Shown: positions 1 to 11,596 of the stretch, one piece after another
Layout of the letters: each line of letters opens with the position of its first letter
Numbering within the stretch: the first letter of the stretch is position 1
Assembly (NCBI GenBank): GCA_964016885.1
Contig: OZ024743.1
Location: forward strand, 334,800,001-334,864,000
Origin: Eledone cirrhosa
Taxonomy: Eukaryota
Reading direction: 5' to 3'
DNA length: 64,000 bases
The notes under the pieces: generated by a model
What the model saw: only the letters and a program-made list of their open reading frames with translations
What the model was told of the DNA's origin: nothing
The model's database searches: none
Position numbers and translations under genes: made by a program

Positions 1-342
1 AAGCATTTGGTAGAGAATGTAAATTAGCAGGAGGGCTCAAACGACATGCAAAAGTACACAGCCGGCAATTCCCAGTGAATGTTTTGGTTGCCGACTCTGT
101 GCAAGACATTTTAGATTATTGGCTGGGCTAAAAAGCCGCATTCGATCGCAGAGCTGTTAATTGTTATCGTGTGTGTGTGTATAGATATGTTTATGTGTGT
201 GCGTGTGTGTATATATATATATATGTATATTATTATTGTTGTTGTTATCATTATTATTATTTTTGTTATTATTATTATTATTGTTATTATTATGTTTTTT
301 TTTCGTGCAATGGCCAAACTCGATAACGAAGGGGCACCCGTC
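1..342 (+). mobile_element. 3' end of RTE-clade LINE (C2H2-like ORF2 tail and 3' stem-loop)
   Basis: Translates GRECKLAGGLKRHAKVH. The terminal tggccaaactcgataacgaaggggcacccgtcat(at)n resembles the RTE-type tail at 62041-62075 (tggccgtactcgaaaacgagttggcagccaccat). Confidence 0.55.
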
Positions 343-460
343 ATATATATATATATATGATGGGTGCCTCCTCGTTATCGAGTATGGCCATTGCACGAAA
401 AAAAAACATAATAATAACAATAATAATAATAATAACAAAAATAATAATAACGACAACAAT
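237..460. repeat. Inverted repeat (~105-bp arms) around an (AT)n tract: two RTE-type 3' ends tail-to-tail
   Basis: 237-342 is the near reverse complement of 358-460. Confidence 0.85.
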
Positions 461-468
461 GTATATAT

Positions 469-512
<44 letters not shown>

Positions 513-809
513 ACATACACATATATATATATATACAATATATTAATAAATGGAAACTTTATTTATAAAACCATAATTATTTTATTATACATAGAAAGTC
601 CTTATTCCTAGGTAAAGGTATGTCTTTTAGAGAAGAAGAGATCTTAAAGAATTCCATTTTTAATCAGTTATAATTTAAAGCGCTCAACAATAAAGCAGCA
701 AAATATATGCAGAGGTTATATTTAATTTGTTGGGATTCAACAAGCTTAAACATTTTTATAACTGATATAAAGCACTCAACAGATTAGTGGAGTAAATAAT
801 AATAATAAA

Positions 810-1075
810 ATAATTAAGTCAAATATGTAAAATTTGGCTTCGTTTATTATAAATTATAGATATACTGCTATATATATTTCGGTGACAGCCATCATTGGCT
901 GTGACCTCTTCAGGCAGTCCGAATTGGTGTGGGAGAGACAGGTAGACATATTGTTGAAGTGTGTTTTACTCCGTCAATACTTCTCTGAGGAACTGGAATC
1001 CTATGGATTAGAACAAACGAATTTCGGCGTCATAGGACACTCTTTCATCCCATTGGTCAGTTGTAAGAACATTCC
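810..1075 (-). mobile_element. PLE terminal (pLTR) fragment
   Basis: Homologous to 50385-50950 and 9854-10050; carries a hammerhead. Confidence 0.65.
864..918 (-). ncRNA. Minimal type-I hammerhead ribozyme
   Basis: Minus strand reads ACUGC-CUGAAGA-GGUCACAGCCA/UGGCUGUCACC-GAAA-UAUAUA-UA-GCAGU: stem I ACUGC/GCAGU and palindromic stem III. Confidence 0.85.
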
Positions 1076-1581
1076 TCAGTCAAAAGTCTACAGAACTTTT
1101 TCTAAGGTAAGACAATCTGTTGTAGTTGTTTTTGTGTTGCTAGTGGTTGTGGTGTTAAAGGATCAGCTTGCAGGTCAGCTTTGGTTTGCTGCTGCTATGT
1201 TCAGAAGAATTTGTGTGTGTGGGTTGACATCTATCCTGCCACCATTCCACGTGGTGGAAGATGCCAAACAAATAAGAAAATAAAATGCGTGTGTGTTACA
1301 ACCAATATCAAAATTTGAAAGATTTGGAAAATATTAACTGAAATAGAAAACCTGTGTGTCAGAATCGAGAAGTGTAAAGAATTACAATTCTTACACTATC
1401 ATCGGGTGGTGCGTTTTAAGAGCAAATTAGACAAATGTGGAGTGTAAAACACCAAAACTTGAGTGTCAAAATCCGGAAATGCAAAGGAGTACAGTTCCTA
1501 TTTCGGCATAAAGTACATATGCGTGTATGTCAACTCACACCGTTGCAAGCACACGCACAAGCACAGGCTCAGGTGCATCCC

Positions 1582-1624
<43 letters not shown>

Positions 1625-1650
1625 TTATACACACACACATATACACATAC

Positions 1651-1707
<57 letters not shown>

Positions 1708-1734
1708 GGACATATGTATAAGTATGTGTTGCCA

Positions 1735-2765
1735 TAGGAGTCCATCGAGGTAGCAGTATGGGTGGTGAGTGTGTAGGGGGTGGTTTACCTTGGGCTCGGC
1801 GTGGCAGGGCTACTGTCCCTATAGCTTGAGGGAAGTTCCCATCTCAATGTGTTGTTATTGTCTATATAGCTTGAGGAAGGTCCCGGCCCTGGGGTGTCTA
1901 CATGTACCGAAGAGGTCAGTCCTGAGGTTTATTAGGCTGCTTCCACCTCTGAGTATCTCGAGGATCTCGCTCAGACATAGTTTGCATTTGCCAGATCCCC
2001 CTCTATCAGGTGGTACTTTCCTTATTTTGGACCAGACCAGAGAGTACGGGGTCCTGTCCAACTTGAGCTTCCAAATCAGTTCGGAAAGAGCCGTACTTTT
2101 CCTTTTGTCCTCCCTATTAAACGAATGACGATGGTTATACCATCGGTCTTTGAAGCTCATTGATGTGGCTCCTATGTAAAGGTGTTCAGTTGTTTTTATT
2201 TACTCTATATCTGTATATTAAGTTCTTCCTTAGGCATTCATTACTAAGGGGCCATAATGTGGGGGTTCTGCAGTTGCAGGAGGTGGTCGTCCCCGAGTGC
2301 CTAATGTGGGGTTCCCGTTGCGTATTATAGGGTGGTCCTCTCCCGGGCCCTGTGGGGGGTCGCTGGGTCTGTTTGGGTTCCCAGGGTTGGTACTGGGTCC
2401 ACCCTTCCTTCCCTCCACATGGCTCTGCTGGGTGCTTATATTGCCAGCTTCTGGTTGTGTGTAGATTTTAAGTCTACCCCTATTGATGCTAGCTATGTGG
2501 TAGGCTACATTTCACGTGGTAGAATACGATAGCTTCACAGTGTGTCTGTTGAAGATCTTGTGGTATCTATGGATGGTCCCTCGGGAAGCATTTATCTAGT
2601 TCTCTAAAGAATGACCGGGCCAGGCTGTTCTTTAGGGCCGCTGAGTAGGGTGGGTTGTACCACGTGATTTTTCTACGTCTCTTCCTATGTGGGTGGGTTG
2701 AGCGTGGTGTGGGCTGTTGGGGAGTTGTTGGGTTGCTAGTGGTTCCCGCATTGTTGCTTCCCCTT
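1735..2765 (-). mobile_element. Penelope-like element 3' fragment (linker + GIY-YIG endonuclease, disrupted)
   Basis: Minus frames give ITWYNPPYS..FFRELDKCFP..KIFNRHTVKLSYS. ORF 1855-2160 gives [41 protein letters not shown]. Homologous to ORF 58255-59420. Confidence 0.85.
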
Positions 2766-2769
2766 ATAT

Positions 2770-3055
<286 letters not shown>

Positions 3056-5121
3056 ACGTACGCTATCGGGTAAACGGAGGAAATGAGAATCAACATCCAA
3101 CAGAATAAACCTTTTGTTTGTAACAAATTTCCTTCGACAAAATCAAATTTATCTTGAAAATTCTGTCTTACATTCCCTGTCGATATACTGACACCTGATA
3201 TCCTGTAATGGGCATTATACAGTGGTCATGTTCAGGCTATTGTTTTAAATTCACTGTAGGTGAGTGTAGGTGTATCGATTGTCAACTCAATAAACTACTG
3301 GGTGACGAGTAATATATATTCTATAGTCCACACTGTATTTCATATCTAGGGGACACACTTACGTAAAAACATTGTGTCTACCTATATCTGTGTATGTATA
3401 GAAAAATATTTTTAATTTACTGTCAAACTGATACTAGAATACTAGACCACCATGGCGTGAAGTAATACCTTATTGATTGCAATTTTCTTTGAGAAAATCT
3501 CTTCATGATGAAGTAGCAATGGATCTAAGGCAATATATATTTTTTCATTCACTTATTATTAAAGTAAATATAGACAACCAGTAGCGTTATTGGTCTTCAC
3601 TGTTCAAGATAAAAAATAATTTAAGCTATCTATAGCTACAGTACTTAGGTAAAAGTTTTATTAACTGGTTACAGGTGCTGTGTCTAAGTTAGAATACAAG
3701 AAAGTTATTTCAGAATATATATCTCTTCGTAGTATAACCTCCACAGAATATGGGATCTTGTCTTTGTTTCTATGTTTGTATTCAAATCAGAAATCTTTTT
3801 TATAATTATCACGTTTAAAGTCATTAAAAAACATTAAACAAGACTATAAATATAAATCCCTTTTCGGCAACACCTTCACAGATTTATTTCTATTTTTATG
3901 GCTTGCTGAGCAGAATTGCAATAGCTTGAAGTAGAAGAAATGGTTTGTTTTGGCTAATTTTCTCTAGATCAACTACATTTTTTTAATTGATATTCCAATG
4001 AATTATAGGATCCACTGTACCTCATTTTCTTAAACAAAACTCTTCTAAAACAGCACGAATCAATGAAATGAAAATAAAATTACAATATAACTTTTGATTA
4101 ATTATTGATTCAGTTCGGATATTTTGCCAAGAAAATAATGCGGACATACACAATTTACTCGTTTCTTCGTAATGATTTCCTTTGATTTGGCACAAATGGC
4201 ATATATACAAGTCGAAAACTGCAGACTATTAAGATGTTTATGCCTTAGATGATAGCATAAATGACGTAGTTAAATTGAATTTGCTTCCCTTACAATAAGA
4301 TAACGTCGGGAAAATGTATCCTTCTATTTATAAGTATTATAAATTAGGCATAAAATCAAATATCTAAATAATCAATATAGTTCTAACAACAACACCATAC
4401 AAGACAAGGAAATACATATTTATCTTCATATCTACTAATAAATCACTGATTTCCCTTATCATTCTATACCTTCCCCTCACTTTGCTTCCATTTATTTCTA
4501 GTTTCTAAAATCCATACAAATAATAAAAGTGATATAAAATGTAACATTACACAAAAGTATGGAACCGTATTGTTTTCAATATTCAAAGATATTGTGATGT
4601 TCAATTCAATTTTTGTTTAAGAACTCTATCCATTTATCTTGTTTTAATACAATATTATCTAGATTGCTAGATTTTCCTGTCAAACAACGAAATAAATACA
4701 AATCAAGGCTTTTATATTACTAACATTTCTGATAATGCTAATCAACTTTTATTGTACCGATAGGAGTTTAATAATAATAATAACTGTGTTAATGAATATA
4801 TATATATATATATAAAAGAGTCAGGACCCCGACGGCTGAGCTTCGGCCAAGCTGTCGAAACGGCCAGAGCTCAGTCGAGATATAAAAAATAGAGAAGCAA
4901 AAACCAACCAAACAGTGAGTGTGTTCTGTTATTATTTCTGGCAATATTATTACAACAATATGACCCTCCCCAAGTACATATATATATATTGTTATACTTT
5001 GGGAGGGTCATGTTGCCAATAAGAAACACACGCACCAGTGTTTCACTTCAATTTATTATAATAAATTTATAAATTTCTGGTTGGTTGGTTGGTTCCACAA
5101 CCAGATAGTTGTTTATATATT

Positions 5122-5164
5122 GTCAAAGTTCTTTCGTCACACATTCTGCGACCTCTTCAGTGAC
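5122..5164 (-). ncRNA. Hammerhead ribozyme-like motif (inverted pLTR copy)
   Basis: Reverse complement of the motif at 7565-7607. Confidence 0.6.
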
Positions 5165-5670
5165 TGGGGATTCTTTTCTTTGTTTTTGTGCCTCTCCTTT
5201 GTTCTGCCCTACGCCATTTTGTTTCTGTTGGTGTGTTGTGTGCTCAGTCTGCGCATGCGCCACATCTGTATGTGTGTGTTTATATTCGTTTATTTATTTG
5301 CTTATTTACATGTTACCGGTTGGTTGTTTGTTCTATGTGCGTGTGTGTTTTCATTTTGTCCTTAATTGCAAGCTGTGATGTTGCTGTTCCACTCATATCT
5401 TCTATTTAATTTTGGTTGTAATTCTTTTATGTCCATTGCCTCTGTGATTTATCTAAACATTGCCTCTTTTCTGTGTGTAGATTCTATTTTTATTTCTATG
5501 TTCTCTAATTTACCCCCATGTTCTATTTTAGCACGCTGGTAGAGTACAGATGACTCCTTACTATCTTGAAGGTCTCGCCAGTGTTCATTTATCCGTTCCC
5601 CTACACTACGAGCTGTCTCACCTATGTACACTATATTTTTGTCTCTACATTGTCCCTCAGTACATCCTAC

Positions 5671-6672
5671 GGCGAGAGTAACCGATCTAGGGACCTAACA
5701 AACTGCATAATAGGTAGTATGGATGTTGTGTCCCTGTGTCCATCTATTGACTTGGATTTTGCTGTGGAGAAATGCGTAGAAATGATCAGTGTGAGCAATG
5801 TTGAGTTCCGTGGGATTGAAACCAGTGAGCTGGGACTCCTACTTGAGCTTACCTATAGTAATAGTTACCTAGACACGTATGACCTTAGCAACCTGTGCCC
5901 TACAAGACCAGCAAGAGGCAGACCACCTACCATTGCCTCAATGGCCAAGTGGACCCACACGGATGGATGGAGCGGGTGAACCAGGGCCATGCGGACACCC
6001 GAAAGCCACGATGGACTGAAGAAAGTGGTTGCACGTGCGGTGGAGGCCAGCGTAAAACAAACCCTTAGAGAACATATGTTCAAATTTTGTGGAAAAGCAT
6101 ATGCCCAAGAGGAGGGAGCAGCCATTGGTGTTGGCATTGCAGGCGACATGGCTGACTTATTCATGGTATGGTGGGACGGTGGACTTAGACTTAAACTTAA
6201 AGAGAAATTAGAAGACCCCTTGACCCTGATGGTGTGCTCCCGCTGCGTTGATGATATAAACATCGTGGTTGAGACACCCCCACTAGAGAACAGTCAGGAA
6301 CTAGAGAGGAGCACAATGGAAAGCATCCAGCGGGTGGCTAACTGCATCCACCAGAGTATTAGAGTTACTATAGACTACCCGGGTAAACACCCCAACCATC
6401 GATTGCCTGTACTGGACACAGAGCTCTGGTTAGATACCATTAATAACAAAAAACAAATCCTCCATTCCCAATTATGCCAAACCCATGACTTCCAAACATC
6501 TGATCCACCGAAACTCAGCTGTTTCGGACCATACCAAAATCAACGTGCTGATTGCGGATTTGGTACGGGTGATGAGAAACATGTCCCGCATGTGCAACCC
6601 CGAAGAACTAAAGAGACACATACAACACTTCATCCACCGTATGCAGTTCACTGGTGGCGGTCAGAGAGATAA
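5671..6672 (+). pseudogene. PLE reverse transcriptase (stop/frameshift, A-to-G hypermutated)
   Basis: Motifs MDVVSLCPSID (normally SLYP), YAQEEGAAIG, SRCVDD (normally RYVDD), LPVLD. Stop at 5977-5979 and frameshift near 6480. Confidence 0.9.
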
Positions 6673-7363
6673 AATCAGAGTGTATAGAGGAGCCGGGACC
6701 AAATGGGAAAAAATGGTAAATAATGACACAAATGGGACCTGCCCCTTGTATAGGAGTGGAATGGGGAGAGCCTGGAGTGAGGCTAATGGAGTGGATTCAT
6801 GGTGTGATAGCAATAAATGCCAGAGTGTAATGTTCATCGATACAACCCCTAGAGGTGAATTAGCTTACAAATTTAGAAGGGCCCTAGATAGACATGGGTT
6901 TGGTATTAAGATAGTGGAAAGACCGGGTACCTCCGTGAAGGCACTTGTTGGCAAGACATGCCCTTTTCAGGGACCCCCCTGTGTGGATAAGAGATGTATG
7001 GCCTGTAAAATGAACCCCCATATTGACTGTGGAACTAGAAATGTGGTGTATGGCGTAGGATGTACTGAGGGACAATGTAGAGACAAAAATATAGTGTACA
7101 TAGGTGAGACAGCTCGTAGTGTAGGGGAACGGATAAATGAACACTGGCGAGACCTTCAAGATAGTAAGAAGTCATCTGTACTCTACCAGCGTGCTAAAAT
7201 AGAACATGGGGGTAAATTAGAGAACATAGAAATAAAAATAGAATCTACACACAGAAAAGACGCAATGTTTAGAGAAATCACAGAGGCAATGGACATAAAA
7301 GAATTACAACCAAAATTAAATAGAAGATATGAGTGGAACAGCAACATCACAGCTTGCAATTAA
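6485..7363 (+). CDS. PLE ORF C-terminus: RT thumb, Cys-rich linker and GIY-YIG endonuclease
   Basis: [33 protein letters not shown]. Confidence 0.88.
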   Translation: MTSKHLIHRNSAVSDHTKINVLIADLVRVMRNMSRMCNPEELKRHIQHFIHRMQFTGGGQRDKIRVYRGAGTKWEKMVNNDTNGTCPLYRSGMGRAWSEANGVDSWCDSNKCQSVMFIDTTPRGELAYKFRRALDRHGFGIKIVERPGTSVKALVGKTCPFQGPPCVDKRCMACKMNPHIDCGTRNVVYGVGCTEGQCRDKNIVYIGETARSVGERINEHWRDLQDSKKSSVLYQRAKIEHGGKLENIEIKIESTHRKDAMFREITEAMDIKELQPKLNRRYEWNSNITACN

Positions 7364-7564
7364 GGACAAAATGAAAACACACACGCACATAGAACAAACA
7401 ACCAACCGGTAACATGTAAATAAACAAATAAATAAACGAATATAAACACACACAGACACCCGGATGTGGCGCATGCGCAGACTGAGCACACAACACACAC
7501 ACAGAAACAAAATGGCGTAGGACAGAACAAAGAAGAGGCACAAAAACAAAGAAACGGATCCCCA

Positions 7565-7607
7565 GTCACTGAAGAGGTCACAGAATGTGTGACGAAAGAA
7601 CTTTGAC
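7565..7607 (+). ncRNA. Minimal type-I hammerhead ribozyme-like motif in PLE 3' region
   Basis: GUCA-CUGAAGA-G-GUCAC..GUGAC-GAAA-GAAC-UU-UGAC; stem I GUCA/UGAC. Confidence 0.65.
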
Positions 7608-7814
7608 AATATATAAACAACTATCTGGTTGTGGAACCAACCAACCAACCAGAAATTTATAAATTCCTAAATTTATAAATTTATTATAATAAATTGAAGT
7701 GAAGCAACTGGTGCGTGTGTTTCTTATTGTCAACATGACCCTCCCAAAGTATAACAATATCGGTTGCAACACACGTTTTCAGATAAAGAATCTTGCTAAA
7801 CAAATTCAGAAACG

Positions 7815-7853
<39 letters not shown>

Positions 7854-8008
7854 ATATATTATATATATATATATATGAAAAGATCAGGACCCCAACGCCT
7901 GAGCTCCGGGTGTTTCAACAGCTAGATCCTTTCATATTAACCACTCTACTACCCCAGGTATCGAGTGCTCTGGTGGGTTATGGTCCACCTGGTATCTTAT
8001 CACACCCT

Positions 8009-8084
<76 letters not shown>

Positions 8085-8087
<3 letters not shown>

Positions 8088-9856
8088 AGGGATTTACCTC
8101 CTAATACCAGTACAGGAACTCTCCCTCCCACAGCCCACAAAGGTCGTCAAAACGTACTCAAACTATCATGTACACCTCTCACAACACACACACACACATT
8201 CACACCCACTCGAAACCCCATCATTTGCCGCTACTCTTTACGCTATAGAATATGTACGGCTAGTGGCTGCAAATTCACCCATTTACCTAGGACAAAACTG
8301 TCTATCCCCACAAACAACAGCCACCACCATAATATATACTCTAATTTAACACCAACACAACCACCAATAACTCAAACAAGGAATCCACAAATCTGCCGCT
8401 TTTCCCAGCGAGACAGATTGTGTTTACACCGGGTGTGTCCCTTTACCCATCTCCCGGGGACTCGTCGGACAAATGAAAATAAAAATAAAAATAAAAGCAA
8501 AAACAAAAACCATAACCTACATAAAAATAACCACTACCACAGTCACCAACAATCCCCTAAACAGGAAACTTCTTCCTCTTTTTCAGCCATAATGAATCTG
8601 GCAAAAGAACTGGAAAAAAACATTCGAGCTATCACTCAGCACCACCCTCCACTATCACCCCACTGCACAAACTACCATTGCTGCCATTAACAAACAAACA
8701 AATTAACAACACACCAAAACAATTAAAACCATCCACTCTCGCCTCAACATTTTTGCTTAACGCTTAAGGCATCAGACCTTCCACCAATACTAAAAAATGG
8801 AAGATCAAATTCCTGGAGGACTGGGTTGATGTCCATCCAAACCACATCCCTTTCTTCGTCCTCACTGAAACCCATCTCAGTAACCTCCACTTGGAAGCCG
8901 AGGTGAAAGTGAAAAATTTCATAGCCATCCGTGCTGATCGCGCTGGCAGAAGAAAGGGTGAGACTGCCATTTATGTCCATAATTCTTTCTCAACAGAGGC
9001 TATGAACATATTTTCTAATGAATACTGCGAAGCAGTCACTGTATTCAGTCAAACCAACAACCTAATAGTAGTTGGGCTCTATAGGCCACCCCAAACGCCT
9101 CTACCATGCTTCAAGGAATGCCTCAAAAGCATAAAGTGTTTCATCCAAGAGTGTCACCCTGACAACATCTTAATGATGGGGGACTTCAACATCCCCGGAG
9201 TTGACTGGTCCACAAACAGCCTGCCACCAGGTTCTTCTGCCTCAACCTCTGACAGGGAAGCAGTGGAATCGCTTCTTGACTTCATGGATGATTTCTTCCT
9301 GTCCCAACTGGTGCTCGAACCAACGAGGTGCCACAAAAACATCCTAGACTTAATTTTCAGCAATCACACTGACACTATCCACAATATATTGCAGTGGAGA
9401 AAACTCTACTCTCTGATCATGACATGTTTCTCTGTGATCTGAGATTCCACCGTCCAATATGCAAACCCAATGTCATCTCTCCTGTCCATCCGTTTGATGC
9501 TATGGATTTCCACAATGCAAACTGGGAAGCGATCAGTCATGATCTTGCACATGACGACTGGTCCTTCACGCACACTCACACACCCACTAACATCAAAAAG
9601 TCCTGGCAGACATTTGTGGACACTGTTACAAACATATGCACAAAACACACCCCATTAAGAACTATAAACAAATCTAAGAGCAGAATCCCTAGAAATAGAA
9701 AAACGCTCATCAGGAAAATTAAGAAAACTAACAAAAAAAGCAGCAAGCTGAAATACTATCAGCAGCAACACACCAACTTGACTGCCATTTCATCACTAGA
9801 GATTAACAAACATAACATCCAAAACAATATGATATCTATCATCAACAATCAGAGAA
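8085..9856 (+). mobile_element. CR1/L2-group LINE 5' portion: ORF1 with two CCCH-like fingers plus AP endonuclease
   Basis: ICRYSLRYRICTASGCKFTHLP and ICRFSQRDRLCLHRVCPFTHLP. APE motifs LTETHL, RADR..GETAIYV, GLYRPP, MGDFN, PTR..NILDLIF, LSDH. Frameshifted; RT absent. Confidence 0.85.
8744..9442 (+). pseudogene. LINE ORF2 apurinic-like endonuclease domain
   Basis: ORF 8891-9442 plus upstream in-frame LTETHL; the SDH motif lies in a shifted frame near 9410. Confidence 0.85.
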
Positions 9857-10050
9857 GAGTCACAGCCAAAGATAGTTAGTTGTCACCGAAATATATATAG
9901 CAGTAATAAACGAAGCTAAATTTTAAATATTTGGCTTATTTATTTTAGTTTATTTTACATTACTCCGGAGTAACCAAACCAAACTGCGCACTTCGTTGAG
10001 TGCTCCAATCTGCATACTGAGGTGTCGGCAAACAACCAACATATACTCAA
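9854..10050 (+). mobile_element. 5'-truncated PLE terminus with partial hammerhead
   Basis: Matches 50755-50948; begins inside the CUGAAGA core. Confidence 0.7.
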
Positions 10051-10102
10051 TATATATATATATATATATATAATATAGGAAGATCTGTCAGTAACAGTAG
10101 TG

Positions 10103-10144
<42 letters not shown>

Positions 10145-11005
10145 GATTCAGTAGATTAGAGGTTTACTGAGGAAGGTACCAAAATCAGCACTCCATGCTA
10201 TGGCAGAGTGTATATAATAAAAACAAAGATAGGTTTCACATAAAGGTCTTTATTGATTATACGACCGTTTCAGAGATAAGTGGATCAAGATCCATGTAAA
10301 TGTTGATCCATGGATCCTGAGCCACCCATCGGTGAAACGATCGTAACAGTGTATAATTAATAAAGACCTTAACGTGAAAACTCGCTTTGATTTACCCCCC
10401 CCCCCCCCACACACACACCATACACACACACACACACACACATATATATATGGTGTTTAAATATGTGTGTATGCATCTTTGGATGTACACTAGCAGAATG
10501 GCCCTTGTTAATGAAACCATATTCTGTTCTTTAGAAACATTACTTTATTTGTTTAAAAATACAAAATGGTTCTCAACCGGTGTCTATATGGCTCCTGGGA
10601 TTCCATAGTAGCATTTTAGGCGTCCATGAAAAAAGAATTGACCTCAAAGAAAATATCTTAAGTCTTAGAGAAAGAAAGCAAATTAAAAAAAATCCAATAT
10701 ATAGATCAGTTAACCACAGCAGTTGTTCAGAAAATTCCCTGGGGAATTAATAGAAATCTAAAGAAATCATACTGGAGCAAATATATAAGCAACAACAAGC
10801 AGAAGCAGTGGTGAGGAAATGTAAATATAATCATATACGCATCCTTTTCCATTTTAGAGAGTTTTAAATCCCACTATCTCAAGCTAAATTTATTTAGTCA
10901 AATCATGGCAAAAGCTTCTATTTAATAACACTCACACACACAGACACAAACAGACACATATATATGTATATATTCACTCATATGAACAAAATTGTCTCCA
11001 GTTTT

Positions 11006-11078
<73 letters not shown>

Positions 11079-11209
11079 CATATCTATCTATCTCTATATA
11101 TACATGTATATATATATACTAGATCTAGCAACTCATGATATTATAATATTATAAAATTAAATCAAATTATTTAGAACTACAAGTGAAGTCATTCTTTTCC
11201 TTTTTTTTT

Positions 11210-11292
<83 letters not shown>

Positions 11293-11349
11293 ACACACAC
11301 ACACACACACGCCGCACGCACACACACATATATATATATAGTAATAATA

Positions 11350-11540
11350 ATAAATTTGAAGACTAAAATCCAAAGAGGGCTCGATAAGGATAAATATATA
11401 TCAAATATATAAGAACCGTAGAGCAAATATTTATTAAAATAACAGATTAAAGTTTAAGCAAAGAATTGCTGCATTCACCCTTAACGTTAAGGGTGAAAGC
11501 AGCGATTCTTTGCTTAGACTTTAATCTGTTATTTTAATAA

Positions 11541-11545
<5 letters not shown>
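11350..11545. repeat. Fold-back fragment of an interspersed repeat
   Basis: 11430-11485 and 11487-11545 are inverted. Family also at 38680-38765, 39070-39230 and 49680-50100. Confidence 0.65.

Positions 11546-11589
<44 letters not shown>

Positions 11590-11596
<7 letters not shown>

Larger units (their letters stand above)
4985..7815 (+). mobile_element. Penelope-like retroelement, 5'-truncated, with inverted 5' copy of its 3' end
   Basis: 4985-5670 is the reverse complement of ~7055-7760. Internal RT and GIY-YIG ORFs, an HHR in both arms, flanked by (AT)n. Confidence 0.93.
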
